Assembly (NCBI GenBank): GCA_046350615.1
Contig: JAXMAA010000001.1
Span: forward strand, 72,480 to 136,479
Reading direction: 5' to 3'
Length of the DNA stretch: 64,000 nt
Source: Candidatus Saccharimonadales bacterium
GTDB lineage: Bacteria > Patescibacteriota > Saccharimonadia > Saccharimonadales > UBA7683
The notes beneath the pieces were generated by a model. That model was not told where the DNA came from and searched no databases. It was given only the letters and a program-made list of their open reading frames with translations. Shown piece by piece: positions 44,284 to 53,956 of this stretch. The translations under genes were made by a program, and so were the position numbers. How positions within the stretch are numbered: position 1 is the first letter of the stretch; every line of letters starts with the position of its first letter.

Positions 44284-45336
44284 ATGGAAGCAGAACAGAA
44301 ATTACGAACTGAATTTGCCGAACTTACTGAAGCTCTGAGTGCGCCGGATGCGTTTTCTGACCCTAAAATCGGTGAGAAGAATCGGCGGCGAGCGGAGCTT
44401 GAGGAAATTGTAACTGCATTTGACGAAAAGCACTCGTTTGAAGCGCAGCTCGAGCAGGCAAGCGAACTGCTACGCGGTAACGATAACGAGCTTTCTGAAC
44501 TTGCAAAACTTGAAATTCCCGAACTGGAAGCAAAGATTGCCGCAAATGAAGAAAAGCTTACCGAACTTCTTACGCCGAAAGATCCGAATGATCATAAAAA
44601 CTGTGTGATTGAAATTCGAGCCGGTGCAGGTGGTGACGAGGCTGGTCTATTTGTGGCAGAGCTACTCAGAATGTATCTACGTTACTGCGAAACTCACAAC
44701 TTAAAAACCGAGATTATGAGTGAAAACACTAACGATGCTGGCGGCTACAAAGAAGTTATCTTCATGGTTCGCGGTGAAGATGCTTACAAACAATTGAAGT
44801 TTGAAGGTGGTGTTCATCGTGTGCAGCGTGTGCCAGCTACTGAAAGCCAAGGCCGCATTCATACCTCAACTGTTACCGTTGCTGTTATGCCCGAAGCCGA
44901 AGAGACTGACATCGATATTAAAGAGGCTGATTTAAAAATTGATACTTACCGCGCCTCTGGCCACGGCGGTCAAAGCGTGAACACCACTGATTCAGCCGTA
45001 CGTATCACTCACCTGCCCTCTGGTATTGTAGTGACTAATCAGGATGAAAAATCTCAAATTAAAAATAAACTTAAGGCTATGAGCGTGCTTCGTTCTCGGC
45101 TACTCCAAAAGCAAATTGATGAGGAAAATGCCAAGCTTTCAGCTCAACGCAAATCACTTATTGGCTCTGGGGATAGATCAGAGAAAATCCGTACTTATAA
45201 CTTTCCGCAAGATCGCATTACCGACCACCGGGTCAATTACTCCCGCTCAAGCATTCCACAAGCCATGAACGGCGATATTGATGATATCATCGCCAAACTC
45301 CAGTCGTACGAGAACCAACTCTTAAGGGAAGCTTAG
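44284..45336 (+). CDS. prfA: peptide chain release factor 1
   Basis: It has the PxT tripeptide (RVQRVPATESQGRIHTS) and GGQ (SGHGGQSVNTTDSAVRITHLPS). The ATG at 44284 lies 7 nt after a TATACT box. Confidence 0.95.
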   Translation: MEAEQKLRTEFAELTEALSAPDAFSDPKIGEKNRRRAELEEIVTAFDEKHSFEAQLEQASELLRGNDNELSELAKLEIPELEAKIAANEEKLTELLTPKDPNDHKNCVIEIRAGAGGDEAGLFVAELLRMYLRYCETHNLKTEIMSENTNDAGGYKEVIFMVRGEDAYKQLKFEGGVHRVQRVPATESQGRIHTSTVTVAVMPEAEETDIDIKEADLKIDTYRASGHGGQSVNTTDSAVRITHLPSGIVVTNQDEKSQIKNKLKAMSVLRSRLLQKQIDEENAKLSAQRKSLIGSGDRSEKIRTYNFPQDRITDHRVNYSRSSIPQAMNGDIDDIIAKLQSYENQLLREA

Positions 45337-46325
45337 GCCGCATTGTTGAGGCTTTGCATGACAGGTTCTGTGGCATCCGCGACGACAGGGCCAAGCCTAC
45401 CCCCCACATAGCCTTTGATCGTATCTTCAGCAACACTCTTGGCAACACCGACAAATGGTCGTTTTTTCCCTTCTAAATCAAAGAGGTCGCTAATGTGGCG
45501 TTTTGTCACCTCACCAATGATCTGTGCTATCTCATGCAGATTCAGGTTGTAATCCTTTGAGCGCTCAACAACTGCCAAGGCAATCTCTTCATGTAAAGAT
45601 TTTATGTCATCGGAAGCTTTTAGACGATACAATGAGTCCGCCCTTTGTTCTGATGCCAGCTCAAATCCTAGACTCTTCTCATCATCACGTATTTCTCGGA
45701 GATAGCCCTCATCCTCTTCTTCCATAAATCGCTCCCCGAACTTTGCTCCCACACCCTTAACGAGCTTACCGACTGGCTCAGATAAAGTCTTCTTTGCAAT
45801 CCCAGCCGCAATGGTTACTCCTAGACCCAATCCAGCGGCATGAGATTGGTCAATTTGTGATATACCAACATCAAAGCCCTTAACAGTTGCTATCGATGCA
45901 GAAGTAATCAATGCGAACATCGCCGCTCGTCCCAGCAAGCGTCCACAACGCGTCACACGCGCCTTTTCTACGGCCTCGCGGATATCTGAAGACTCGCCCA
46001 CTCGCTCATCAACTCCGGCATATATATCATAGAGGTAGTGTTTACTCTCTTCGATAGCCCCCTGAAGTATGCTAAGCTCCCCTGCCCCGGCTTGTTCGAG
46101 CTCCTGAAGACTAACTACCATTCTGTCTGCAAGTAATGTAACGAAATCCTCAGTTAATGCGCGCGCTTGAGTCCTTTCCGAATCAGTAGCCATGCCTGTT
46201 CTAAGCTCGAATAGTGCGGCCGCTAACCTGGCTGTTGCTTCGGTTAATAACGGCTTTTCAAGGCCACCGCTCTCCTGTGGGGGTGCGCCTGAACTACTTT
46301 CCAGTATTTGAGGGGTTTCTGTCAT
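45333..46325 (-). CDS. hypothetical protein (330 aa) with two central hydrophobic segments
   Basis: I prefer the start at MTETPQ (46325), the first ATG after the promoter at 46357-46385. The hydrophobic segments are AAMFALITSASIATV and AAGLGLGVTIAAGIA. Confidence 0.6.
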   Translation of the reverse strand: MTETPQILESSSGAPPQESGGLEKPLLTEATARLAAALFELRTGMATDSERTQARALTEDFVTLLADRMVVSLQELEQAGAGELSILQGAIEESKHYLYDIYAGVDERVGESSDIREAVEKARVTRCGRLLGRAAMFALITSASIATVKGFDVGISQIDQSHAAGLGLGVTIAAGIAKKTLSEPVGKLVKGVGAKFGERFMEEEDEGYLREIRDDEKSLGFELASEQRADSLYRLKASDDIKSLHEEIALAVVERSKDYNLNLHEIAQIIGEVTKRHISDLFDLEGKKRPFVGVAKSVAEDTIKGYVGGRLGPVVADATEPVMQSLNNAA

Positions 46326-46356
46326 GTTATTTGTTTGTTTTACATTTAACTCATAA

Positions 46357-46385
46357 ATAATAGCAAAATTACATGATTTTGTCAA
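46357..46385 (-). promoter_or_regulatory. promoter TTGACA-17-TATTAT (TGC-extended) for the 330-aa hypothetical gene
   Basis: The minus strand reads TTGACAaaatcatgtaattttgcTATTAT. Confidence 0.6.
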
Positions 46386-46441
46386 TATGTATATTTTATT
46401 GCATGGATATTTATTATTTCTCCTGTTATACTCTATTGTCA

Positions 46442-47230
46442 ATGGATACCATCATCGCCAGTTTAGCTAATCCGAAGATTAAATGGGTAAAAGGCCTGCA
46501 TAAAAACAGTAGCCGTCGAAAAGAGGGTGTATTCTTAGTTGAGGGCGCAAAAGAGATTGCCAGCGCTTTAAGTGGCGGTTATATACCGCGACATGTCTTT
46601 GTCTGCCCGGAGATTTATGCCGAGGAACTAGTACTGAAGGGGGTAGCCCCTCGGATTCACACAGTCAATAGAGAGGTCTTTCAAAAAATTACTTACAGGG
46701 GTAGTTCTGATGGAATTCTGGCTATATTTGATGCCACACAAAAAACACTTGATGACCTAGAGCTTGGAAATACACCTTCATTTATTATCGTCGAAGGAAT
46801 TGAAAAACCGGGAAATCTTGGCGCAATCATTCGAAGCGCTGACGGTGCAGATATTGATGCAGTTATTGTCTGTAACTCAACCTGCGACATATTCAATCCA
46901 AATGTCATCCGAGCTAGTCTTGGAACGGTATTCACGAAACAGGTTGTAACAGCAAGTAATGAACAGGTGTCCGACTTCCTCGCTAAACACGAAATTACCA
47001 CTTACTCTGCATTGCTTTCGGAAAGATCCTCTGCATATACTGCAGTAGATTTTACGATACCTACGGCCATTGTTCTTGGCACCGAACACGATGGCCTAAG
47101 CGAATTCTGGCAACAACGAAGTATTCCAGTAGTTATTCCAATGCGCGGAAGTAATGACTCCCTCAATGTAAGTAACGCAGCAGCGATCCTTGCTTACGAG
47201 ATAGTCAGACAACGAGACCTACTCACATGA
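46442..47230 (+). CDS. TrmH/SpoU family RNA 2'-O-methyltransferase (RlmB-like)
   Basis: Supporting motifs are EGIEKPGNLGAIIRSADGADIDAVIV, LGTEHDGLS and IPMRGSNDSLNVSNAAAILAYE. Confidence 0.88.
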   Translation: MDTIIASLANPKIKWVKGLHKNSSRRKEGVFLVEGAKEIASALSGGYIPRHVFVCPEIYAEELVLKGVAPRIHTVNREVFQKITYRGSSDGILAIFDATQKTLDDLELGNTPSFIIVEGIEKPGNLGAIIRSADGADIDAVIVCNSTCDIFNPNVIRASLGTVFTKQVVTASNEQVSDFLAKHEITTYSALLSERSSAYTAVDFTIPTAIVLGTEHDGLSEFWQQRSIPVVIPMRGSNDSLNVSNAAAILAYEIVRQRDLLT

Positions 47231-48066
47231 GTATCGGTGCACTGGGTAGCTGGCTTCAGATAAACACTGCGCGACTTGCCGAATCTGGGATTAACTCGGC
47301 ACGTTTGGATTGTCTCGTACTTCTTGAATATGTGCTTAGAGAAGAGAGGTCATCGATCCTTGCGCATCCGGAACGTAAGCTTGAAGGGCATCACTTGAAA
47401 GAACTGAATACCATGATTATGCAGCGCTCTAGGCGTACTCCGCTTGCATACATTGTTGGTTCAAAAGAGTTTTATGGGCATCATTTTATGGTGAACGAAA
47501 CGGTACTCATCCCTCGTCCAGAGTCCGAGGCGATGCTTGAACTACTTCAAAAGTTTGCTCGGAAGAACAAGATTCAAGCTGTTATTGATATAGGAACCGG
47601 CTCTGGCTGCTTGGCAATCTCAGCCGCACTAGCCCTTCCGGATATCCATATATGCGCCACCGATGTATCTAAAGATGCATTAAAAGTAGCCCGGAGAAAC
47701 TCCCTCACACATGATGCTCGTGTGAAGTTCTATCTATCTGACCTCCTCATAGATATTCCTGAGGTAGAGTTACTCAAACCGTATGTACTGATTGCAAACC
47801 TCCCCTACGTCCCAGAGGGTCTAGTAACTTCTCCTGAGATCACCAAAGAACCAGCAATGGCCTTATTCTCAGGCAATGATGGCCTCAAACACTACCGGCA
47901 GTTCTGGCACCAAATTGAAAACCTCAAAAATAAACCGCTCGCCGTTATCACTGAGAGCCTTATCTCACAGCACTCAGCATTAAGCCATCTCGCCGAAACT
48001 ACAAACTACAAACTACAAACTGCTCAAGATCTCGCTCAACTCTTCATTAAATCTTCCGCATTATGA
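47227..48066 (+). CDS. prmC: release-factor glutamine N5-methyltransferase PrmC (HemK)
   Basis: It has the SAM motif VIDIGTGSGCLAISAA and the NPPY-type motif IANLPYVP. The segment LAYIVGSKEFYGHHFMVNETVLIPRPESE is typical of PrmC. Confidence 0.88.
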   Translation: MSIGALGSWLQINTARLAESGINSARLDCLVLLEYVLREERSSILAHPERKLEGHHLKELNTMIMQRSRRTPLAYIVGSKEFYGHHFMVNETVLIPRPESEAMLELLQKFARKNKIQAVIDIGTGSGCLAISAALALPDIHICATDVSKDALKVARRNSLTHDARVKFYLSDLLIDIPEVELLKPYVLIANLPYVPEGLVTSPEITKEPAMALFSGNDGLKHYRQFWHQIENLKNKPLAVITESLISQHSALSHLAETTNYKLQTAQDLAQLFIKSSAL

Positions 48067-48080
48067 CCAAACTAACATAC

Positions 48081-48112
48081 TAAAAAATGTCCGATTGGAC
48101 ACTTTTTAGTAT
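48081..48112. terminator. bidirectional terminator hairpin between convergent prmC and htrA; third copy of the GTCC-ATTGGAC repeat
   Basis: In TAAAAAATGTCCgattGGACACTTTTTAGTA, a short stem is flanked by an A-run and a T-run, so a U-tract follows the hairpin on both strands. It shares TTGGACACTTTTTAGTA with 6765-6781. Confidence 0.5.
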
Positions 48113-48142
48113 TTTTAATTTTGTATGGAGGCATGGAAGAGA

Positions 48143-49369
48143 CTACGAGCCTGAAGGTGCCTCTGCTAACGTTACTTTGAGCTTTTGTTCTTTATCGCCC
48201 CGGATAATTGTTAGTTCTATTGTATCCCCTACTTTATAACGCCCGACTACCGAAACAAGTGGAACCGTCTCGCTTAGTTCAGTACTATTAACCGCCGTAA
48301 TGATATCTCCTGCACGTATACCAGACTTCTCTGCTGGGCTGCCACTCACTACTGAGCCCTCGTCTTTGCTGATATATGCACCTTTCTGAACGCTGACACC
48401 AAGTTGCTTGGCAGATTCTGCATTTAGCATGACATACTGTACTCCAATGTATGGACGTGTTAGTTTGCCGGTTGTCTTCGCACTCGTGACTATCCCCTTT
48501 GCTTCATTCACCGGAATGGCAAATCCTATATTTTGGGCATCCGCTGCAACCGCAGTATTAATGCCAATCATCTCGCCATTGAAATTGAGAAGAGGACCAC
48601 CCGAATTTCCGGAATTAATTGCGGCATCTGTTTGAAACAGGTTTGTGAGTTCCTCACTTGAGCCACCAGCTTCATCAGAAGCGCTCACTGGCCTACCCAT
48701 TCCAGAGATAATTCCTGACGTAACCGTATTCTGGAACTGGCCAAGTGCATTACCAATAGCAATTACCTTCTGGCCCGTTCTGACCTTGTCAGAATCACCA
48801 AGCGTAATTGGTTTAAAATCTTTAGGATTAGTTACTTTTAAAATTGCAAGATCGTTAAGCGGGTCACGGCCAATAATCTGCACATCGGCGTACTTTACTC
48901 CATCTGAAGTAACGACTGAAACCGCACTCGTTCCTTCAGCTACAACGTGCTTATTAGTTAGTATCAGACCGTTGGCATCGATAATAACGCCTGTTCCAGC
49001 TGCTTGACTCGTGCGCATTCTTGTACCATAAAGCGAACTGCGAAGCGTTGCTTGCTGTTCGGTAAGAATCGATACCACGCTAGGGCTCACTTTCTGAGCA
49101 ACATCGGCAATTGCCTCGCCCTCCTGCACGACAGTCTGCCGCACTCCTTCTATATTGTTCTGTGCATTTGTACCTTTGCCGAGTAGATAGGCTGCCGACA
49201 TACCACCTGCCGCAAGTAACAGTACGGCCATACTCGCAATGACGCCTCCAATGATAGCCGCTCTTAATCTAATACGTCTTGGCTGTTTTTGAGCTTTTAT
49301 TGATGCGGGCTGCACGGCTGAAAAATCATGCCCGTTCTGCTGACTATCTTCGTTCATTGCGTACTCCAC
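48143..49369 (-). CDS. htrA: HtrA/DegP-family trypsin-like serine protease with PDZ domain, membrane-anchored
   Basis: The catalytic Ser motif is GNSGGPLLN, with His at TNKHVV. There is an N-terminal TM (AAIIGGVIASMAVLLLAAGG) and a C-terminal PDZ (GIRAGDIITAVN). Confidence 0.9.
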   Translation of the reverse strand: MEYAMNEDSQQNGHDFSAVQPASIKAQKQPRRIRLRAAIIGGVIASMAVLLLAAGGMSAAYLLGKGTNAQNNIEGVRQTVVQEGEAIADVAQKVSPSVVSILTEQQATLRSSLYGTRMRTSQAAGTGVIIDANGLILTNKHVVAEGTSAVSVVTSDGVKYADVQIIGRDPLNDLAILKVTNPKDFKPITLGDSDKVRTGQKVIAIGNALGQFQNTVTSGIISGMGRPVSASDEAGGSSEELTNLFQTDAAINSGNSGGPLLNFNGEMIGINTAVAADAQNIGFAIPVNEAKGIVTSAKTTGKLTRPYIGVQYVMLNAESAKQLGVSVQKGAYISKDEGSVVSGSPAEKSGIRAGDIITAVNSTELSETVPLVSVVGRYKVGDTIELTIIRGDKEQKLKVTLAEAPSGS

Positions 49370-49416
49370 TTTACTTAAGTTACACCATACATACCAAACC
49401 TGAGAATCAGCTTAAG

Positions 49417-50190
49417 CTACAAACGAGCAGACCAGCGCGCTGTTATGAGGATAATTGCCAGAAGTGCGGCAGCAAATAGCCCATTTTCAAGTACAACAGC
49501 CTTATACACCGCCTCTTTTTTATAGGAATGGTAAACGCTACCCAAGCTTACCGAGACAATTGAAATGATACATACCATCAGCGCTAAGTTAGTGTTAAAG
49601 ATAACATAGTACTGAAGCCAGTGAAGCGATAGCCAGGCCAGCAAAGTACTCAGGAAGCCCCAGGAGAGTCCAAGGGTTCGATAATGAGGCTCTTCATAGT
49701 TGGTAAAAAAGTGGCGAGCGGCAGACCACGTAATGAGCCAGGTAAGTGCACAGATAAGAATCGGATACTTCACGAAAGAAGGAATCATAAAGATAGCAGA
49801 TAACCCAATCAACTGCGCCCAAAATGCCTGTGCGCCAACCCACAACTCGCTTGATTGTGGCTTTAGAAAGAGGAGCCAGACGAGATATAAGAGCGACCAA
49901 AAAACTGCCAGCCATTCATGAGGTGCCTGGAAGATCATAACAATACTGCCGATGCCCACAATACTATCTACCAAATTTGCACGGATATTCGGCAGCCAAA
50001 AACGTGGTTGAACAGCGAATATACGCCATTTGCTGAGAATAACCAGCAATGCAGCCAGCAGAACTAACTCCCAATATGTAATCATGGCATAAATGACCGC
50101 CACGAACACAACATTAACCCCAATATGAAGTACATCACCCATATCGAAGCCAGGTTTTTTACCCCAAAATCTTTTTTTTGCCTGCAACAT
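49417..50190 (-). CDS. hypothetical polytopic membrane protein (257 aa)
   Basis: It has 7-8 hydrophobic helices. No family is recognised. Confidence 0.6.
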   Translation of the reverse strand: MLQAKKRFWGKKPGFDMGDVLHIGVNVVFVAVIYAMITYWELVLLAALLVILSKWRIFAVQPRFWLPNIRANLVDSIVGIGSIVMIFQAPHEWLAVFWSLLYLVWLLFLKPQSSELWVGAQAFWAQLIGLSAIFMIPSFVKYPILICALTWLITWSAARHFFTNYEEPHYRTLGLSWGFLSTLLAWLSLHWLQYYVIFNTNLALMVCIISIVSVSLGSVYHSYKKEAVYKAVVLENGLFAAALLAIILITARWSARL

Positions 50191-50260
50191 AACTCTCCCC
50201 TAGTATAGCACCCTTGCTACAAAAATCGACAGCGAAACAACTTCATAACTACATCTACGA

Positions 50261-51973
50261 TCAATGAGATGAGGCGTTATTTAACTGGTTATTTTTACCT
50301 ATTGCTATCACAAAATCTGCATCATAGTTTGCTGCTTCTGTTAGTGTGTTCTGATCTGTGGTGGCAATCGCACCAAAGTATTTTTCAAGGTATTTCTTGG
50401 TACTATTCTTATTGGTGCTTTTTGAAAATATTGTGGTTGAATCACGAGGAGCTGCGTTGCCCACATCTTCCACGTTCAAGCCTTTTTCCGCCAACTGGTC
50501 GGCCTGAGTCTGTGCCAGCCCGACAGTTCCACTTGCATTCAAAATTACAACCGTTGCCCCCTCACGAGTAACTGGATCAGTGCTAATGAGCTTATTAATA
50601 TAATTCTTGATTTGACTAAAGTCTGTGACTCCCGCAACAGGGCGTACAGCACTTTGTCCATCAGCGGAATTAAACGTTTGCACCAAGTTCACATCGTCAT
50701 CGGTTAAGCCAATTGATTGAATGTTTTTGCTATCAATCTTCTTGCCCACCTCGTAGAGCCGACGCAGTTCGTTCGTTTTAAAATCGGTCGTAACATTATT
50801 ACCAGCAGCATCAAGCAGGCTGCCTAATTTTGCGGGATTTGAGAGAATACCAATGTTCAGCGCCTTATCTTTAAGCGCAAGCAACATCTGTCGCTGGCGT
50901 TCAGTTCGCCCAAAATCATTACCTGTTCCATAGGTTGGATAACCTGTAAAATCACCACGCGCCCGAGCTAGATCGAGCGCTTGTTCCCCATTGAGGTGCA
51001 GCTGCCCATTTGGATACTTAACTTTATAGCAGCGGTACTTACATTCCCAGTCAAAAATGCGATCGAGAATGCCATTTGGACTATCTGTTTGCAAGTTAAT
51101 ATCTATACCATTCACCGCATCAACCGCATCCCGAAAGGCCGTGTAATTAATTTTGGCGTAATAGTGAATATCCAGGCCAAAGCTATCTTCCACAATCTTC
51201 TCTAGCAAGCCGATACCTCCTGCTGCATACCCATCTTCATTAAATGCAATCTGCTCGCCACAGGTGTATGCCGCATTAATCTTCCCCTGGTATCCAACGG
51301 AGCAGCCTCGTGTTTGATAATTAACCCATAAATCACGTGGAATACTTATCATAAAAGCGCTATTATTTTTGGTATCGAGGCTCACTACCATAATCGAATC
51401 CGTAAGCTTTGCACCATCATGACCCGGATCGTCTTCGGAGGTACCTGCTAGTAAAATATTAACTCGGCCCTCATCTTCACCTTTAAGTTTTGTGCTATCA
51501 AGAATGCCGAGAATACTGCCATTAAAAACTTTGGTCGCATTTTTAAGAACTTTCCAGCCCAAGAACCCGCCAACTAATGCACCCAGAAGCACTACCGCGA
51601 ATAGTAATCTTCTGAGTATTTTTTTACGACGTGAAGGCTCGGGTTTGCCTTTTCGAATACGACGTTTTTTAAATATTTGCCAGAAATGTGGTTTTTTTGG
51701 CTCAGCACCTTCCGCTAGTTGCCGCCGCGACCGGCGCATTTCTCCAGCTGCCTGTATCTCTTCGTCATCGAGTACCACGGTATCGGGGTCGTTGTTAACC
51801 CAACCATCTTCTTCAATTCTAAGGGGTAGCGTTGCACGCGATCTCTTGCTCTTAGCTGCCTCCGCATGGCGTGACTGAACTGAGCTCTTATCGAGTGATG
51901 CTCTCCTTTTTGAGGTGCGATTTCTTGGGACAAAGCCATCCATCGCGCTACTTGGTCTACGTCGTTTTTCCAT
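50261..51973 (-). CDS. LytR-CpsA-Psr (LCP) family cell-wall glycopolymer transferase with a C-terminal LytR_C-like domain
   Basis: A basic N-terminus and a TM are followed by RVNILLAGTSEDDPGHDGAKLTDSIMVVSLDTKNNSAFMISIPRDLWV, the LCP core. Confidence 0.88.
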   Translation of the reverse strand: MEKRRRPSSAMDGFVPRNRTSKRRASLDKSSVQSRHAEAAKSKRSRATLPLRIEEDGWVNNDPDTVVLDDEEIQAAGEMRRSRRQLAEGAEPKKPHFWQIFKKRRIRKGKPEPSRRKKILRRLLFAVVLLGALVGGFLGWKVLKNATKVFNGSILGILDSTKLKGEDEGRVNILLAGTSEDDPGHDGAKLTDSIMVVSLDTKNNSAFMISIPRDLWVNYQTRGCSVGYQGKINAAYTCGEQIAFNEDGYAAGGIGLLEKIVEDSFGLDIHYYAKINYTAFRDAVDAVNGIDINLQTDSPNGILDRIFDWECKYRCYKVKYPNGQLHLNGEQALDLARARGDFTGYPTYGTGNDFGRTERQRQMLLALKDKALNIGILSNPAKLGSLLDAAGNNVTTDFKTNELRRLYEVGKKIDSKNIQSIGLTDDDVNLVQTFNSADGQSAVRPVAGVTDFSQIKNYINKLISTDPVTREGATVVILNASGTVGLAQTQADQLAEKGLNVEDVGNAAPRDSTTIFSKSTNKNSTKKYLEKYFGAIATTDQNTLTEAANYDADFVIAIGKNNQLNNASSH

Positions 51974-52075
51974 AAATTACTTCTGCTTAGTATAACCATA
52001 TTACCAAAGCGGGTAAAGGGTGCGCTGAGATGAAAAGCTGTCCTCTCACCTAAATTACTGCTATACTTTAGCCAT

Positions 52076-52840
52076 ATGCAAGATGATCCTAACCAACCTA
52101 TCGTAGAAAATGGAAATAACGCCAGCCCGGAAATAACGCCAGCCAGCACACCAGCTCAACCAGTTGTGGCACCTCAAGCCGCACCCAACACCCAACCAAC
52201 CCCGGCAGGCACTACACCTGAGGTAAATAGCGCTCCTCGGCAAGCCCCAACACTACCCGAGACTGCTCCTGAAAAACCAAAAAAAGAGGGTGGCCTCTTT
52301 TCATTCGTTGGTACTCTGATTGCAGCTTTTATCCTTGTACAAATTATCAATCTCTTTCTTTTTCAGAGCTACAAGGTATTCGGCAGTAGCATGTTCCCAA
52401 CACTCCACGATGGTGATCGTTTAATTATTTCTAAGGTCGGGAAAACCGGCGCAAGACTGCAGGGCAAAAACTATCTTCCAAAACGGGGCGACATTATTGT
52501 GTTTATTGACCCGCAACGTTCAGATCTACAGCTTATTAAGCGTGTTATCGGCTTACCGGGCGAACGTGTTGTGGTAAAAGATGGCACATTAACCGTTTAT
52601 AATAGCGAAAAACCTCAAGGGTTCAGGCCCGACGATGCCGACTACGGCAAGAATCTTCCTCGAACCAGCGGAGAAACCGATGTAACTGTGCCAAAAGATC
52701 ACATCTTTGTAAGTGGTGATAACCGCGAAGGCAGCAATTCACTTGATTCCCGTAATGAACTTGGCACCGTTCCCGAAGAGCTCATCATCGGCACCCTGCA
52801 AGTCCGCGTCTGGCCACTCGATAGCGCTAAGTTCTTTTAG
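52076..52840 (+). CDS. lepB: signal peptidase I
   Basis: S26 boxes are present: GSSMFPTLHDGDRLII, IKRVIGLPGERV and GDNREGSNSLDSR. Confidence 0.92.
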   Translation: MQDDPNQPIVENGNNASPEITPASTPAQPVVAPQAAPNTQPTPAGTTPEVNSAPRQAPTLPETAPEKPKKEGGLFSFVGTLIAAFILVQIINLFLFQSYKVFGSSMFPTLHDGDRLIISKVGKTGARLQGKNYLPKRGDIIVFIDPQRSDLQLIKRVIGLPGERVVVKDGTLTVYNSEKPQGFRPDDADYGKNLPRTSGETDVTVPKDHIFVSGDNREGSNSLDSRNELGTVPEELIIGTLQVRVWPLDSAKFF

Positions 52841-52842
52841 CG

Positions 52843-53712
52843 CTAGAGCAGTTCTTGCATCAAAGTATTGAGGTGATCTTCATCTTTGAAGTTTATTATG
52901 AGGCGACCACCTTTGGCCATGTGCTTAACACTAACAGTCGTGTTGAGGCGTTTGGCGAGTTGCTTGGTTTCTGCAGTCTCAACCTTAGTTAAGCGCAGGC
53001 CCTCTTTGGTTTTATCCTCCTGGTTCTCGGACTTCTTTTTGTGACCTACCACGTATTGTTCTGCCTGGCGAACCGTCCAGCCATGTTTGATGATAAGATC
53101 GAGTAGCACCAATTGTTCGGCCTCTCCTTTTAGGGCCACAATCTGGCGTGCGTGGCCTTCAGTAATCACATTATTATTAAGCGCCTCTTTGGCTTTTTGT
53201 GGTAAACGGAGCAGGCGTATAATATTGACGACTGCTGATTCACTTCGGCCAACTCGTTGACCTATCTCTTTATACTCGAGATTGAATTGATCATGAAGTT
53301 TGAGATAAGCCGCTGCCAGTTCGAGCTTGGCCAAATCTTTACGCTGAATATTTTCAATCAGACTGATTTCAAGCTTTTCCTGATCACCAAACGAACGTAC
53401 AATTGCTGGAACCTTCTGAAGATCGATAAGTTCAGCTGCACGGAAGCGACGCTCGCCAGCAATAATGATATAGCCATCGCCACTTTTTGCCACAATGATC
53501 GGCTGAATAATGCCGTGTTGCCTGATTGAAGCAGCTAGCTCAGCCAGTGATTCTTGATCAAAATGTTTACGTGGCTGTTGCGGATCGGGAGAAAGTTTTT
53601 GCAGTGGAAGGTGCTCAATCTGGTCTGATGCCGAACCAACCGCTAACGCCTCCGACAGCATATCATCAGGAATTAACGCCGAAAAATCTTTACCCAAACC
53701 TTTTGCACTCAT
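52843..53712 (-). CDS. parB: chromosome partitioning protein ParB/Spo0J
   Basis: Supporting sequence includes SIRQHGIIQPIIVAKSGDGYIIIAGERRFRAA and the HTH YKEIGQRVGRSESAVVNIIRLLRLP. Confidence 0.93.
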   Translation of the reverse strand: MSAKGLGKDFSALIPDDMLSEALAVGSASDQIEHLPLQKLSPDPQQPRKHFDQESLAELAASIRQHGIIQPIIVAKSGDGYIIIAGERRFRAAELIDLQKVPAIVRSFGDQEKLEISLIENIQRKDLAKLELAAAYLKLHDQFNLEYKEIGQRVGRSESAVVNIIRLLRLPQKAKEALNNNVITEGHARQIVALKGEAEQLVLLDLIIKHGWTVRQAEQYVVGHKKKSENQEDKTKEGLRLTKVETAETKQLAKRLNTTVSVKHMAKGGRLIINFKDEDHLNTLMQELL

Positions 53713-53837
53713 TGGTTTGCCCCTGAGTGCGGAGAGCTTAGACCGGAGATCTTAGATCTTAGAAAAAAAGCTGGCTCGCTTCCACCTTCGCTAAGGCTTC
53801 GGGGGACAGGTCGCTTAAGTTTGATTACTGAGCTACC

Positions 53838-53883
53838 GATCCACGGACTTGTCGCCATGGCATGTGAGCCGGGAATGACAAAA
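53838..53883. repeat. repeat-family member GATCCACGGACTTGTCGCCATGGCATGTGAGCCGGGAATGACAAAA in the parA-parB spacer
   Basis: See 42324-42413 for the shared core, and 31398 and 61582 for the shared tail. Confidence 0.7.
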
Positions 53884-53956
53884 CCCGAGTTCATCGAAGA
53901 TCGAAGATCGAAGATCAATGATCTCTTTGCTATTTGCTGATATCTGTTATCTCTTT

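Noticed and set aside
2508-45336. Possibility of an alternative genetic code (UGA recoding, as in some CPR lineages).
   Set aside because: Both RF1 (PAT motif) and RF2 (SPF motif) are encoded. Genes terminate cleanly at TGA, TAA and TAG, and no conserved protein shows in-frame TGA interruptions. Standard code 11 fits.
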